DNA of 64,000 nt from Candidatus Latescibacterota bacterium (GTDB taxonomy: Bacteria > Latescibacterota > UBA2968 > UBA8231), in contig OZ220090.1 of assembly GCA_964291625.2 (NCBI GenBank), positions 416,001 through 480,000 of the forward strand, given 5' to 3'. Positions 55,944 to 64,000 of the stretch are shown piece after piece; positions within the stretch are counted from its first letter, which is position 1; the number at the start of each line of letters is the position of its first letter. The notes beneath the pieces were generated by a model. That model had not been told where the DNA came from, did no database searches, and saw only the letters and a program-made list of their open reading frames with translations. The position numbers and the translations under genes were made by a program.

Positions 55944-57121
55944 CACGACTCGCCATTCTCGGCAGTACCGGCTCCATCGGGAGGACGACCCTCGCCGTTC
56001 TCGAGGGGCTCCGCCGCCAGGACGGAGACGCCGAGTGGGAGGTCGTGGCCCTGGCGGCGGGGCGCCGCGTCGAGGACCTGATCCACCAGGCGAGGGCGTG
56101 GTCTCCCGGTCTCGTCTGCGTGGCCGCGAGCGCCGACGCCCGCAAGGCCAGGGAAGAGCTGCCCGGCGTCGAGGTGCTCTACGGGGGACGGGGACTGTGC
56201 GAGCTTGTCGCCGACGGCCGGGTGGATGTCGTCGTCAACGGGCTGGTGGGGGCCGTGGGGCTGCCGCCGACGGTGAGGGCTCTGAAGGCCGGCAAGACCG
56301 TCGCCATGGCCAACAAGGAACCCCTGGTCATGGCCGGGGGGCTGTTGCAGGAGGCCGCAGTGGCGGGTGGAGGTGAGCTCCTGCCCGTGGACAGCGAGCC
56401 CAGCGCCCTCTGGCAGTGCCTGCGGGGGGAGCGTGAGGAGGACGTCTCCCGGTTGATCCTGACCGCCTCGGGGGGCGCCTTCCGCGACCGCAGCCGATCG
56501 GAGCTTGCCAGGGTGACCGCCGCCGAGGCCCTCCATCACCCGACCTGGCGGATGGGGCCCAAGATCACCGTTGATTCGGCGACCCTGATGAACAAGGGTT
56601 TCGAGGTCATCGAGGCGGCCTGGCTCTTCGGAGTGGACGTGGACCGCGTGGAGGTCGTGATTCACCGGGAATCGATCGTTCACTCCCTGGTGGAGTTCAC
56701 CGACGGCTCGATCCTGGCCCACCTCGGACGGACCGACATGAGCCTGCCGATCCAGTACGCCCTCACCCATCCCGTGCGCAAGCCCGGTCCCTTGCCACGG
56801 CTCGATCTGGCCGATGTGGGCGCCCTGCACTTCGAAGCCCCCGACCCGGAGCGGGTACCGGGCCTGTCCCTGTGCCGCGATGCGGCGCGGGCCGGCGGCA
56901 CGGCACCGGCGGCGCTGAACGCCGCCAACGAGGTCGCCGTCTCCGCCTTCCTCGAAGGGCGGCTGGGCTTTCTGGATATTCACGAACTGAACCTGAGCGT
57001 GGTCGATGGCTGGAATCCAGGCCCCGCCACCGACCTCGAGACGGTCCTCGAAGCCGACCGCCAGGCGCGGGCGCGGGCCGTGGAACGCCTGAGTCCCGCC
57101 ACCGCCGGGACCCGCCGCTGA
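55940..57121 (+). CDS. dxr: 1-deoxy-D-xylulose 5-phosphate reductoisomerase
   Basis: LGSTGSIG, ANKE, PVDSE, TASGG.F, HPTW.MG.KITVDSA, NKGFEVIEA and NAANE motifs. Confidence 0.96.
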   Translation: MTRLAILGSTGSIGRTTLAVLEGLRRQDGDAEWEVVALAAGRRVEDLIHQARAWSPGLVCVAASADARKAREELPGVEVLYGGRGLCELVADGRVDVVVNGLVGAVGLPPTVRALKAGKTVAMANKEPLVMAGGLLQEAAVAGGGELLPVDSEPSALWQCLRGEREEDVSRLILTASGGAFRDRSRSELARVTAAEALHHPTWRMGPKITVDSATLMNKGFEVIEAAWLFGVDVDRVEVVIHRESIVHSLVEFTDGSILAHLGRTDMSLPIQYALTHPVRKPGPLPRLDLADVGALHFEAPDPERVPGLSLCRDAARAGGTAPAALNAANEVAVSAFLEGRLGFLDIHELNLSVVDGWNPGPATDLETVLEADRQARARAVERLSPATAGTRR

Positions 57122-57131
57122 GGGAGGGACG

Positions 57132-57404
57132 ATGTCCGCAAAGAGATCCAGGCTACCCGCCGAAGCACGGCCCCGGGACCCTGCCGCGCTCTACGAGGCA
57201 TCCCACCGCGTGCTGCGCTTTCTCACCGGCGTGATGATCGTCGCTTTCCTCCTCATCGTGGTGCTCACCACGATCTCCACCGGCCCCTTCGTGCAGGTCA
57301 CCGCCCGGGGCCTCTACTTCCTGATTCTCGCCGTGCCCGTCGCTTCTCTCCTCACCTGGATCCTGCGCCTGTGGGCCGAGCGGCGGGCAGCACGCCCCCG
57401 GTGA
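57132..57404 (+). CDS. Small two-TM membrane protein
   Basis: GGAGG RBS and two hydrophobic helices. Confidence 0.6.
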   Translation: MSAKRSRLPAEARPRDPAALYEASHRVLRFLTGVMIVAFLLIVVLTTISTGPFVQVTARGLYFLILAVPVASLLTWILRLWAERRAARPR

Positions 57405-57451
57405 GCCGCGCCGCCTGAAGCGTCCCCGGGGGCCGTTCCCCCCTCCGGTCG

Positions 57452-57892
57452 ATGGAAACCCTCACCGCCAAAGGGCACTTTCACGCCGCCCACCGGCAGC
57501 TCGACTACGACGGCAAGTGCGCCCATGTCCACGGTCACACCTGGCGGGGTTCCTTCGTCGTGCGGGCCGAGCGTTTTCCGCGTCTGGAGGGCATCGACAT
57601 GTCAGTCGACTTCGGGGCCCTCAAGCAGATATTCAGGAATCTCGACCATCGCCTGCTGGTCTCTGGCCGGGACGAGATCTTTCTCGACAGCCGGCTCTTC
57701 GAGCCCGACGGCATCGTGCTGATCCCCGGCGCCAACCCGAGCGTCGAGAACGTCGCCCGGTACTGCATGGAGCGGGCGGTGGAAGCCTTGTCCGAGTTGT
57801 TCCCCGACCGGGGAATCGACTACGATTTGGAGGTCACCATCCAGGAGACGGACAACAACCTCTTTGCCCTGCGGCGGTCGGTGACCATCTGA
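57452..57892 (+). CDS. queD: 6-carboxytetrahydropterin synthase / PTPS family
   Basis: FHAAH, C..VHGHTW, VDFG, LDH, PSVENVA and ET motifs. Confidence 0.8.
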   Translation: METLTAKGHFHAAHRQLDYDGKCAHVHGHTWRGSFVVRAERFPRLEGIDMSVDFGALKQIFRNLDHRLLVSGRDEIFLDSRLFEPDGIVLIPGANPSVENVARYCMERAVEALSELFPDRGIDYDLEVTIQETDNNLFALRRSVTI

Positions 57893-57895
57893 ACC

Positions 57896-58150
57896 ATGCC
57901 TCGCGAAGCGCTGATGACCGTGGCCGAGGTTTCCGAGTACCTCGCGTGTTCCGTTTCGATGGTGAGAAGGCTGGCCCAGCGGTCGGAGATCCCCTACTAC
58001 CGCTTGGGCCGCCTCCTGCGTTTCCGGCGCGCCGATGTCGATGCCTGGCTCGAAGCGCGCCACGAGGGCGGACCCTCCTCCCACGGCCGCAGGACCGCCG
58101 CCCACCCCGACCAGTTGATCCTGTTCGAAGTCGATTCGGGGAGAGCATGA
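57896..58150 (+). CDS. Excisionase-type (HTH_17) DNA-binding protein
   Basis: LMTVAEVSEYL..S...V......EIP.YRLGRLLRF...DVDAWL pattern. Confidence 0.8.
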   Translation: MPREALMTVAEVSEYLACSVSMVRRLAQRSEIPYYRLGRLLRFRRADVDAWLEARHEGGPSSHGRRTAAHPDQLILFEVDSGRA

Positions 58151-58214
58151 ACCTCCGCGGAGGTCCGGATACCGGTCCGGCTCCCCGGGACGCCGCCGGC
58201 CCGGAGGGCGGCGG

Positions 58215-60497
58215 ATGAAGGACGGCGGCATCGAGAGAGTGGCCGTTCTCGGAGCCGGCGTCATGGGCAGCCAGATCGCGGCGCTCATGGCCAACGCCGG
58301 ACTCGAGGTCGACCTGCTCGACCTCCCCCAAGGCTCCGACGAGTCGGGCCGCGCGCGGGCCGGACTCGAGAGCCTGGGGCGGCTGCGGCCGAGCCCTCTC
58401 TTTCTGCCGGAGGCGGCGGAACGGATCCATCCCGGCTCCCTCAGCGGCACCCCGGACCTCACGCACGTCCAGTGGGTGGTCGAGGCCGTGGTCGAGGACC
58501 TCCAGGTCAAGCGCTCCCTCTTCGAACGCATTGGCCCGGGCCTCGGGTCCTCCACGTTGCTGACCAGCAACACCTCCGGACTGTCCATCGCCGCTCTCGC
58601 CGAGGGCCTTCCGGCGGACCTGCGTCGCCGGTTCCTCGGCGTCCACTTCTTCAATCCGCCGCGCTACATGAAGCTCGTCGAGCTGATCCCGGGGCCCGGG
58701 ACCGATCCCTCCCGGATGGAGGAGATGTCCACCTTCCTGCGCAGCCGCCTCGGCAAGGGGGTGGTCGCCTGCCGGGACACGCCGAACTTCATCGCCAATC
58801 GGCTCGGCCTCTTCGCCGTCATGGACGCCCTGCGGCGCATGGAGGCCGACGGACTCACCGTGGAGGAGGTCGACGCCGTCACCGGCCCGGTGTTGGGACG
58901 CCCCCGCAGCGCCACCCTGAGGCTGTGCGACCTCATCGGCCTGGACACCCTCGTCCACGTGGCCCGCACGGCCCGGGACGGTCTGGAGCACGATCCCGGC
59001 CGCGGTGTCTTCGATCCCGGTGACGGAGTGCGCGCCATGGTCGAGGCCGGGCTCCTCGGAGAGAAGGCCGGGAGCGGCTTCTACCGCAGGGGAGAGGGGG
59101 GCATCGAGGCCATCGACCTTGCCACTCTTGGGTACCGGGCCCGGCGTTCGGTCAGGCCGTCCCTGCCAACCCGGGGGCACCTCGGCGAGCGCCTAGCCGC
59201 GGTGACCGGCGGCGAGGATCGTCTCGCCCGCTTCGCGCGCGACCACCTCTTCGCGGCCCTGGGCTACTGTGCCACCTGCGCGGCGGAGGTGGCCGACTCC
59301 CTCGAGGACATCGACCGGGTCCTGCGCTGGGGCTTCCACTGGGAGGCCGGCCCCTTCGAGCAGATCGATCTCATCGGCGCCGGCGTCCTGATCAAAGGGT
59401 TGGAGGAGGCCGGCACCGAGCCGCCGGAGCTGCTCGCCCGCATCGCCGCCAGTGGGACAGGGCGGGTCTATGAAACTGGTTCCGGAGAACGCAGCGTGAT
59501 GGCCCCGGACGGCGGGGGATACCGCCCTCTCCGCGCCTCGGGCCCCCCGGCCGACGCGGACCTCCTTTCGGGGGCCGAGGTCCTGCGCGAATGCGAGACG
59601 GCGCGCCTGGTCCGGCTCGGTGACGGCGCGGCGGCGATCGAGCTGCGCGGCAAGCTCAACGTCCTCGGCCCCGGGTCACTGGCCTTCACCCGCGACACCG
59701 TCGCCGAAGGCGATTTCGATCTCCTGGTCCTCACCGGGGCCGGGGAGCATCTGTCGGCCGGCGCCGACCTGAGGTATGTCCTGCAGCGGATCGATGCCGG
59801 CGCCTGGGCGGAGCTGGACACCTACCTGCAGCTCTTTCAGCAGGCCACCGCGGGGGTGCGCTACGCGCCGATGCCTGTGGTCACGGCGGCGCGGGGCCTG
59901 GCCCTTGGCGGCGGCTGCGAGTTCAATCTCTCGGCCGCTTCCCGGGTGGCCGCCGCGGAACTGCGCCTCGGTCTGGTGGAGACCCGCATCGGGGTCGTGC
60001 CCGGGGCCGGAGGCTGCAAGGAGATGGTGCGGCGCTTCGGCGCGGATGTCGATGCCTTCCTGCCCGCGCTTCAGGCGGGACGGATGTCCGACAACGCGCT
60101 GCAGGCGCGGGCCTGGGGATTCCTCGACGACTCGGATGACATCCGGCTCGACGGCGACCGGCTCCTGGAAGCCGCTGTGACGAGGGCCCGGGAACTGGTC
60201 TCCGGCGGATGGTCCCCGCCGCGGCCCCGGGACCTGCCGGTGGCCGGTCCCGATGTGCTCGAGAGGCTGCACGCCGGGATCGACGCCGGCGCGGCAGAGG
60301 GCCGTCTGGGCGCCCACGACGCGGTCGTGGGCAAGGCCCTGTCGCGGGTCGTCTGCGGCGGCGGCGCCCGCGGCACGATCTCGGAGCAAGGGCTGCTCGA
60401 TCTCGAGCGCGAAGCCTTCCTCGAGCTCTGCGGCACGGAGGCCACCCGGGCGAGGATCGCCCACATGCTGGAAACCGGCAAACCCCTGCGCAACTGA
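58215..60497 (+). CDS. 3-hydroxyacyl-CoA dehydrogenase / enoyl-CoA hydratase (FadN-like)
   Basis: GAGVMG, EAVVE, SNTSG, HFFNPPRYMKL, DTPNFIANR, ALGGGCE and TGKPLRN motifs. Confidence 0.92.
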   Translation: MKDGGIERVAVLGAGVMGSQIAALMANAGLEVDLLDLPQGSDESGRARAGLESLGRLRPSPLFLPEAAERIHPGSLSGTPDLTHVQWVVEAVVEDLQVKRSLFERIGPGLGSSTLLTSNTSGLSIAALAEGLPADLRRRFLGVHFFNPPRYMKLVELIPGPGTDPSRMEEMSTFLRSRLGKGVVACRDTPNFIANRLGLFAVMDALRRMEADGLTVEEVDAVTGPVLGRPRSATLRLCDLIGLDTLVHVARTARDGLEHDPGRGVFDPGDGVRAMVEAGLLGEKAGSGFYRRGEGGIEAIDLATLGYRARRSVRPSLPTRGHLGERLAAVTGGEDRLARFARDHLFAALGYCATCAAEVADSLEDIDRVLRWGFHWEAGPFEQIDLIGAGVLIKGLEEAGTEPPELLARIAASGTGRVYETGSGERSVMAPDGGGYRPLRASGPPADADLLSGAEVLRECETARLVRLGDGAAAIELRGKLNVLGPGSLAFTRDTVAEGDFDLLVLTGAGEHLSAGADLRYVLQRIDAGAWAELDTYLQLFQQATAGVRYAPMPVVTAARGLALGGGCEFNLSAASRVAAAELRLGLVETRIGVVPGAGGCKEMVRRFGADVDAFLPALQAGRMSDNALQARAWGFLDDSDDIRLDGDRLLEAAVTRARELVSGGWSPPRPRDLPVAGPDVLERLHAGIDAGAAEGRLGAHDAVVGKALSRVVCGGGARGTISEQGLLDLEREAFLELCGTEATRARIAHMLETGKPLRN

Positions 60498-60510
60498 AGG
60501 GAGGGATCCC

Positions 60511-61959
60511 ATGGGACTGCGCACGGCGGCGGAGTACATGGAAGGGCTGCGGGACGGGCGCACGGTGTACTTCCATGGAAGACCCGTGGCCGATGTGACC
60601 GGCCATCCCCATCTGGGAGTAGCCGCCGGGCACGCGGCTCTCGACTTCGAGCTGGCCGAGGACGACCGGCACAAGGAGCTCTTCACCTGGACGGACGACG
60701 AGGGTTCCCTCCACAGCCGCTACTACAAACGGCCCGAGTCGTCCGGGGACCTGCTGAACCGGCGCGAGATGATCGAGACCTCCACGCGCCGCGGACGCAG
60801 CGTCGTGCTTCTGGTCAAGGAGATCGGAACCGACGCCCTCTTCGCCCTCGACCTGGTCACCCGGGTCGTCGACGACAAGGCCGGTACGGCCTACAACGAC
60901 CGGGTCGCTGCCTTTCACCGACACTGCCGGGACTTCGACCTGACCCTGGCCGTGGCGCAGACGGACGTCAAGGGCGATCGAAGCCTGTTGCCGTCGCAGC
61001 AGGCGCATCCCGACTACTACGTGCGCATCGTCGAGGAGCGCGACGACGGCATCGTCGTGAGGGGCGCCAAAGCCCACACTACGGGAACCCCCGTCGTCGA
61101 CGAGGTCGTCGTCCTGCCCACGAGGGCCATCGGCGCGGAGGACTCTTCCTACGCCGTCTCCTTTGCCGTACCCGTCGATACCCCGGGAGTCAAGCTCCTT
61201 GCCAGCCCCTTCGGCGCCGCCGAGGGGGACAGCTCCTTCCACTACCCGGTCAGCTCGCGGCATCGCCTGGTGGACACCCTCACCGTCTTCGAGGACGTCT
61301 TCGTGCCCAGGGAGCGGGTCTTCCTGCAGGGGGAGTGGCAGGCGGCCGGCTTTCTGGCCAACACCTTCGTGGAGTTCCACCGGTTCACGGCGGTATCCTA
61401 CAAGCCGCCGTTGTGCGACCTCTTCATCGGGGCCGCGGCTCTCCTCGCCGAGTACAACGGCATCGAGAAGGCCGGCCATGTCCGTGAGAAGCTGACGCAG
61501 CTGATCGCTTGGACCGAGACCGTGCGCGGCCTGAGCCGGGCGGCGGCCCACGACTGCCGCATCACCGATTCCGGCCTCGCCGTGCCAGAGGTGGTCCTCA
61601 CCAACCTCGCCAAGTTTCACTTCGCAGCGCGCTACCACGACGCGATCCGCTGGGTGCAGGACATCGCCGGCGGCCTGGTCGTGACGGGTCCTTCGGAGCA
61701 GGACATGGACAGCCCCGAGACCCGCCCGTACATCGACCGGTTCCTCGGCGGCGGCAACGGCGCCGAGGCCTCGGACAGACTGAGAGCGATGAACCTGGTG
61801 CGGGACCTGACCGCCTCCGACTTCGGCGGCTACAACCAGTTTCTCGCCATCCACGCCGAGGGTTCGCTCGAAGCGCAGAAGATCACCATCCACCGGGACT
61901 ACGATATCGATCGCTGCAAGAGCCTGGCGGCCGAAGCGATCGGCGTGGACCGGGGGTGA
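60511..61959 (+). CDS. 4-hydroxybutyryl-CoA dehydratase / 4-hydroxyphenylacetate 3-hydroxylase family flavoprotein
   Basis: LRT..EY...LRDGR.VY, AQTDVKGDRS, RGAKAHTT, DIAGG and HAEGS motifs. Confidence 0.85.
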   Translation: MGLRTAAEYMEGLRDGRTVYFHGRPVADVTGHPHLGVAAGHAALDFELAEDDRHKELFTWTDDEGSLHSRYYKRPESSGDLLNRREMIETSTRRGRSVVLLVKEIGTDALFALDLVTRVVDDKAGTAYNDRVAAFHRHCRDFDLTLAVAQTDVKGDRSLLPSQQAHPDYYVRIVEERDDGIVVRGAKAHTTGTPVVDEVVVLPTRAIGAEDSSYAVSFAVPVDTPGVKLLASPFGAAEGDSSFHYPVSSRHRLVDTLTVFEDVFVPRERVFLQGEWQAAGFLANTFVEFHRFTAVSYKPPLCDLFIGAAALLAEYNGIEKAGHVREKLTQLIAWTETVRGLSRAAAHDCRITDSGLAVPEVVLTNLAKFHFAARYHDAIRWVQDIAGGLVVTGPSEQDMDSPETRPYIDRFLGGGNGAEASDRLRAMNLVRDLTASDFGGYNQFLAIHAEGSLEAQKITIHRDYDIDRCKSLAAEAIGVDRG

Positions 61960-61973
61960 GGGGGGTTAGCCGG

Positions 61974-62750
61974 TCAGGCGGCGGTCCAGCCGCCGTCGAC
62001 GTACAAGGTGGTACCGGTGATGTAGCTGGCCGCCTCCGAGGCCAGGAAGACCACGGCCCATGCCACCTCCTCGGGCCGTCCGAACCGGCCCAAGGGGGTT
62101 CGTTCCTCCACCCAGCCGCGCAGCTTGTCCCGCTTCTTGACCTCCGCCGTCATCTCCGTGTCGATGTACGCCGGGGCCACGGCATTCACCCGCACCCCAC
62201 GGGAAGCCCACTCCACCGCCAGGGTGCGGGTCAGCGACGCGAGGGCGGCCTTCGAAGCCGAGTACGCGGCCAGCCTCGGGAGGGTCCGGTCGGCGCCGAT
62301 GGAAGTCAGGTTGACCACCGAGCCGCTGCCCCTGTCGAGCATCGCCGGCCCGAGGTGACGGATGACGCGGAAGGTGCCGTCGAGGTTGACGCGCAGGACT
62401 TCGCTCCACTCCTCGTCGCTCCAGGTCTCGGCGGCTTTCACGAAGGGGCTCACGGCGGCGTTGTTCACCAGTACGTCCACACCTTCGGGCCATGCGTCCG
62501 AGATGCGTTCGCCCAGCAACGCGATGCCGTCGGGCGTGCCCAGGTCGGCTGGTACGGCGATGGCCCGCCCCCCCGATGCCTCCACGCTGGCCACTGTGGC
62601 CTTCAACTGGGACTCCGTGCGGCTCGTGACGGCGACTTCGGCGCCCGACCGGGCGAGGGCCACGGCGCAGGCCCGGCCGATCCCTCGGCCCCCGCCGGTC
62701 ACCAGGGCCCGCCGGCCCTGCAGACCAAAGGGGGAGGCACTGTCTTTCAT
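61974..62750 (-). CDS. Short-chain dehydrogenase/reductase
   Basis: TGGGRGIG, NNA, YSASK and VDGG motifs. Confidence 0.92.
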   Translation of the reverse strand: MKDSASPFGLQGRRALVTGGGRGIGRACAVALARSGAEVAVTSRTESQLKATVASVEASGGRAIAVPADLGTPDGIALLGERISDAWPEGVDVLVNNAAVSPFVKAAETWSDEEWSEVLRVNLDGTFRVIRHLGPAMLDRGSGSVVNLTSIGADRTLPRLAAYSASKAALASLTRTLAVEWASRGVRVNAVAPAYIDTEMTAEVKKRDKLRGWVEERTPLGRFGRPEEVAWAVVFLASEAASYITGTTLYVDGGWTAA

Positions 62751-62869
62751 CGCGGTCCTCCTCTCTTCATGCAGTGAGTGCCGAAATATAGCTGTCGAGG
62801 CCCGGGAACCGGTGGACACGACCCAGGGTCGGACAGGGTAAGCCACCTCTCCCCGTTCGTCAGCAGGGG

Positions 62870-62898
62870 TTGATATCCGCCCTCCTCCACGTTATACT
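62870..62898 (+). promoter_or_regulatory. Sigma70 promoter upstream of the sigma factor gene
   Basis: TTGATA-N17-TATACT. Confidence 0.7.
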
Positions 62899-63137
62899 CT
62901 CACGGCTCGCGGGGCACTTTCCCCTTCCGGCACCCCCTCCCCGCGCCCCTCTCTCTCCTTCAAGCGATCCCCACGAGTCCAGCGCGCCCGTCTCCCGCGG
63001 TGCGTGGTCCGACTTGTCCTCCCCCCGATTTGCTCTCCCGCTTCGACAGAGGCTCTGTTGCGAGCCGCTGCCCGTCCTCTCCCTCTCCCGGCTTCAGGGG
63101 AGGGGGCACACCCGCCAGAATGGAGGGGTGTAGTCGC

Positions 63138-63992
63138 ATGTCGTCATCAACGTTGCAGACCGATACCCTGGTCGATCGCTACTTCCACGAGATCGAGAGC
63201 TCGGTCGGACTCTCCGCCGCCGAGGAGGTCAAAGTCGCCGCGCGGATCCGGGACGGAGACGAGGGAGCGTTGAGCGAGTTGGTTCAGGCCAACCTGCGCT
63301 TCGTCGTCAGTGTCGCCAAGCAGTACCAGAACCTCGGACTCCCGCTGCCGGACCTGATCAACGAGGGCAACCTCGGCCTGATGACCGCCGCCCGGCGCTT
63401 CGACGGATCCAAGGGCTTCAAGTTCATCTCCTACGCCGTCTGGTGGATCCGGCAGGCGATCCTGCAGGCGTTGGCCGAACAGTCCAGGATCGTGCGTCTG
63501 CCCCTCAACCGCATCGGCGAGCTGACCAAGGTGAACAAGTGCCTCACGCGCCTGGAGCAGCGCCTGGGCCGCGCCCCCGAAGTCGAGGAGGTGGCCGCGG
63601 AGTTGAAGGCCAACCCCGACGACATGGAGATGGTCCTCCGCCTGGCCCAGCGGCCCGTGTCGCTGGAGACACCGTGCGACGAGCAGGAACCGGACCGCCG
63701 CCTGGGAGACCTGCTTCCGGACGAAACCCTGAAGGCCTTTGACGAGGTTCTGTCGGAAGGCAACCTCCGGGAGGAGATCCAGACGGCCATGGGCGCCCTG
63801 ACCGGCGGCGAGGCGCGCGTGCTGCGCATGTACTACGGGCTCGACGGCCAGGAGCCCATGACCCTGGAGGAGATCGGCAAGTACGTGGGGCGCACGCGCG
63901 AACGGGTTCGCCAGATCAAGGAGAAGGCTCTGCAGAAGCTCCGGCACCCGAACCGCAGCGAGGTGCTGAAGGAGTACTACGGAGAGGGTTGA
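63138..63992 (+). CDS. RpoD/SigA family sigma factor, short form without region 1.1
   Basis: NLRFVVSVAKQY, DLINEGNLGL, FISYAVWWIRQAI and TLEEIG..TRERVRQI motifs. Confidence 0.93.
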   Translation: MSSSTLQTDTLVDRYFHEIESSVGLSAAEEVKVAARIRDGDEGALSELVQANLRFVVSVAKQYQNLGLPLPDLINEGNLGLMTAARRFDGSKGFKFISYAVWWIRQAILQALAEQSRIVRLPLNRIGELTKVNKCLTRLEQRLGRAPEVEEVAAELKANPDDMEMVLRLAQRPVSLETPCDEQEPDRRLGDLLPDETLKAFDEVLSEGNLREEIQTAMGALTGGEARVLRMYYGLDGQEPMTLEEIGKYVGRTRERVRQIKEKALQKLRHPNRSEVLKEYYGEG

Positions 63993-64000
63993 TCCATCGC

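Noticed and set aside
57896-58150. Excisionase-like gene as evidence of a prophage or ICE
   Set aside because: There is no integrase, att repeat or phage gene nearby, and it sits among housekeeping genes.

Overview
A very GC-rich bacterial chromosome segment with about 63 protein genes and one tRNA-Thr(CGT). I found no integrase, transposase, CRISPR array or rRNA. Gene content suggests a diderm FCB-superphylum organism such as Latescibacterota; this is inference from the PorV/PorP-like barrel, Wzi, the short sigma70, RNase Y, and the expanded PhyH dioxygenases, Gfo/Idh/MocA enzymes and beta-propeller hydrolases. 1-16.3 kb is an accessory catabolic block around a divergent serS. 17-44 kb mixes housekeeping genes (ftsA without ftsQ/ftsZ, ssb, eno, ppx) with envelope and catabolic genes. 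The most notable locus is 44.9-50.05 kb. A consensus sigma54 promoter precedes pspA and four small membrane proteins: one with a winged helix, two PspB-like paralogs sharing a C-terminal motif, and a 48-aa ORF missing from the track. These are followed by a soluble TPR histidine kinase and a PspF-like activator that carries a receiver domain and lacks the PspA-binding Trp. This looks like a phage-shock system under two-component control. 50-64 kb holds iscU, sodA, a peroxiredoxin, a KamA-family enzyme, rny, a lone nuoI-like ferredoxin coupled to dxr, queD, a FadN-like gene, an AbfD-like gene lacking the Fe-S cysteines, an SDR and a sigma70 factor. Two single-base frameshifts (an amidohydrolase and ssb) are probably sequencing errors. 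All family calls come from motif recognition by eye, not database searches.
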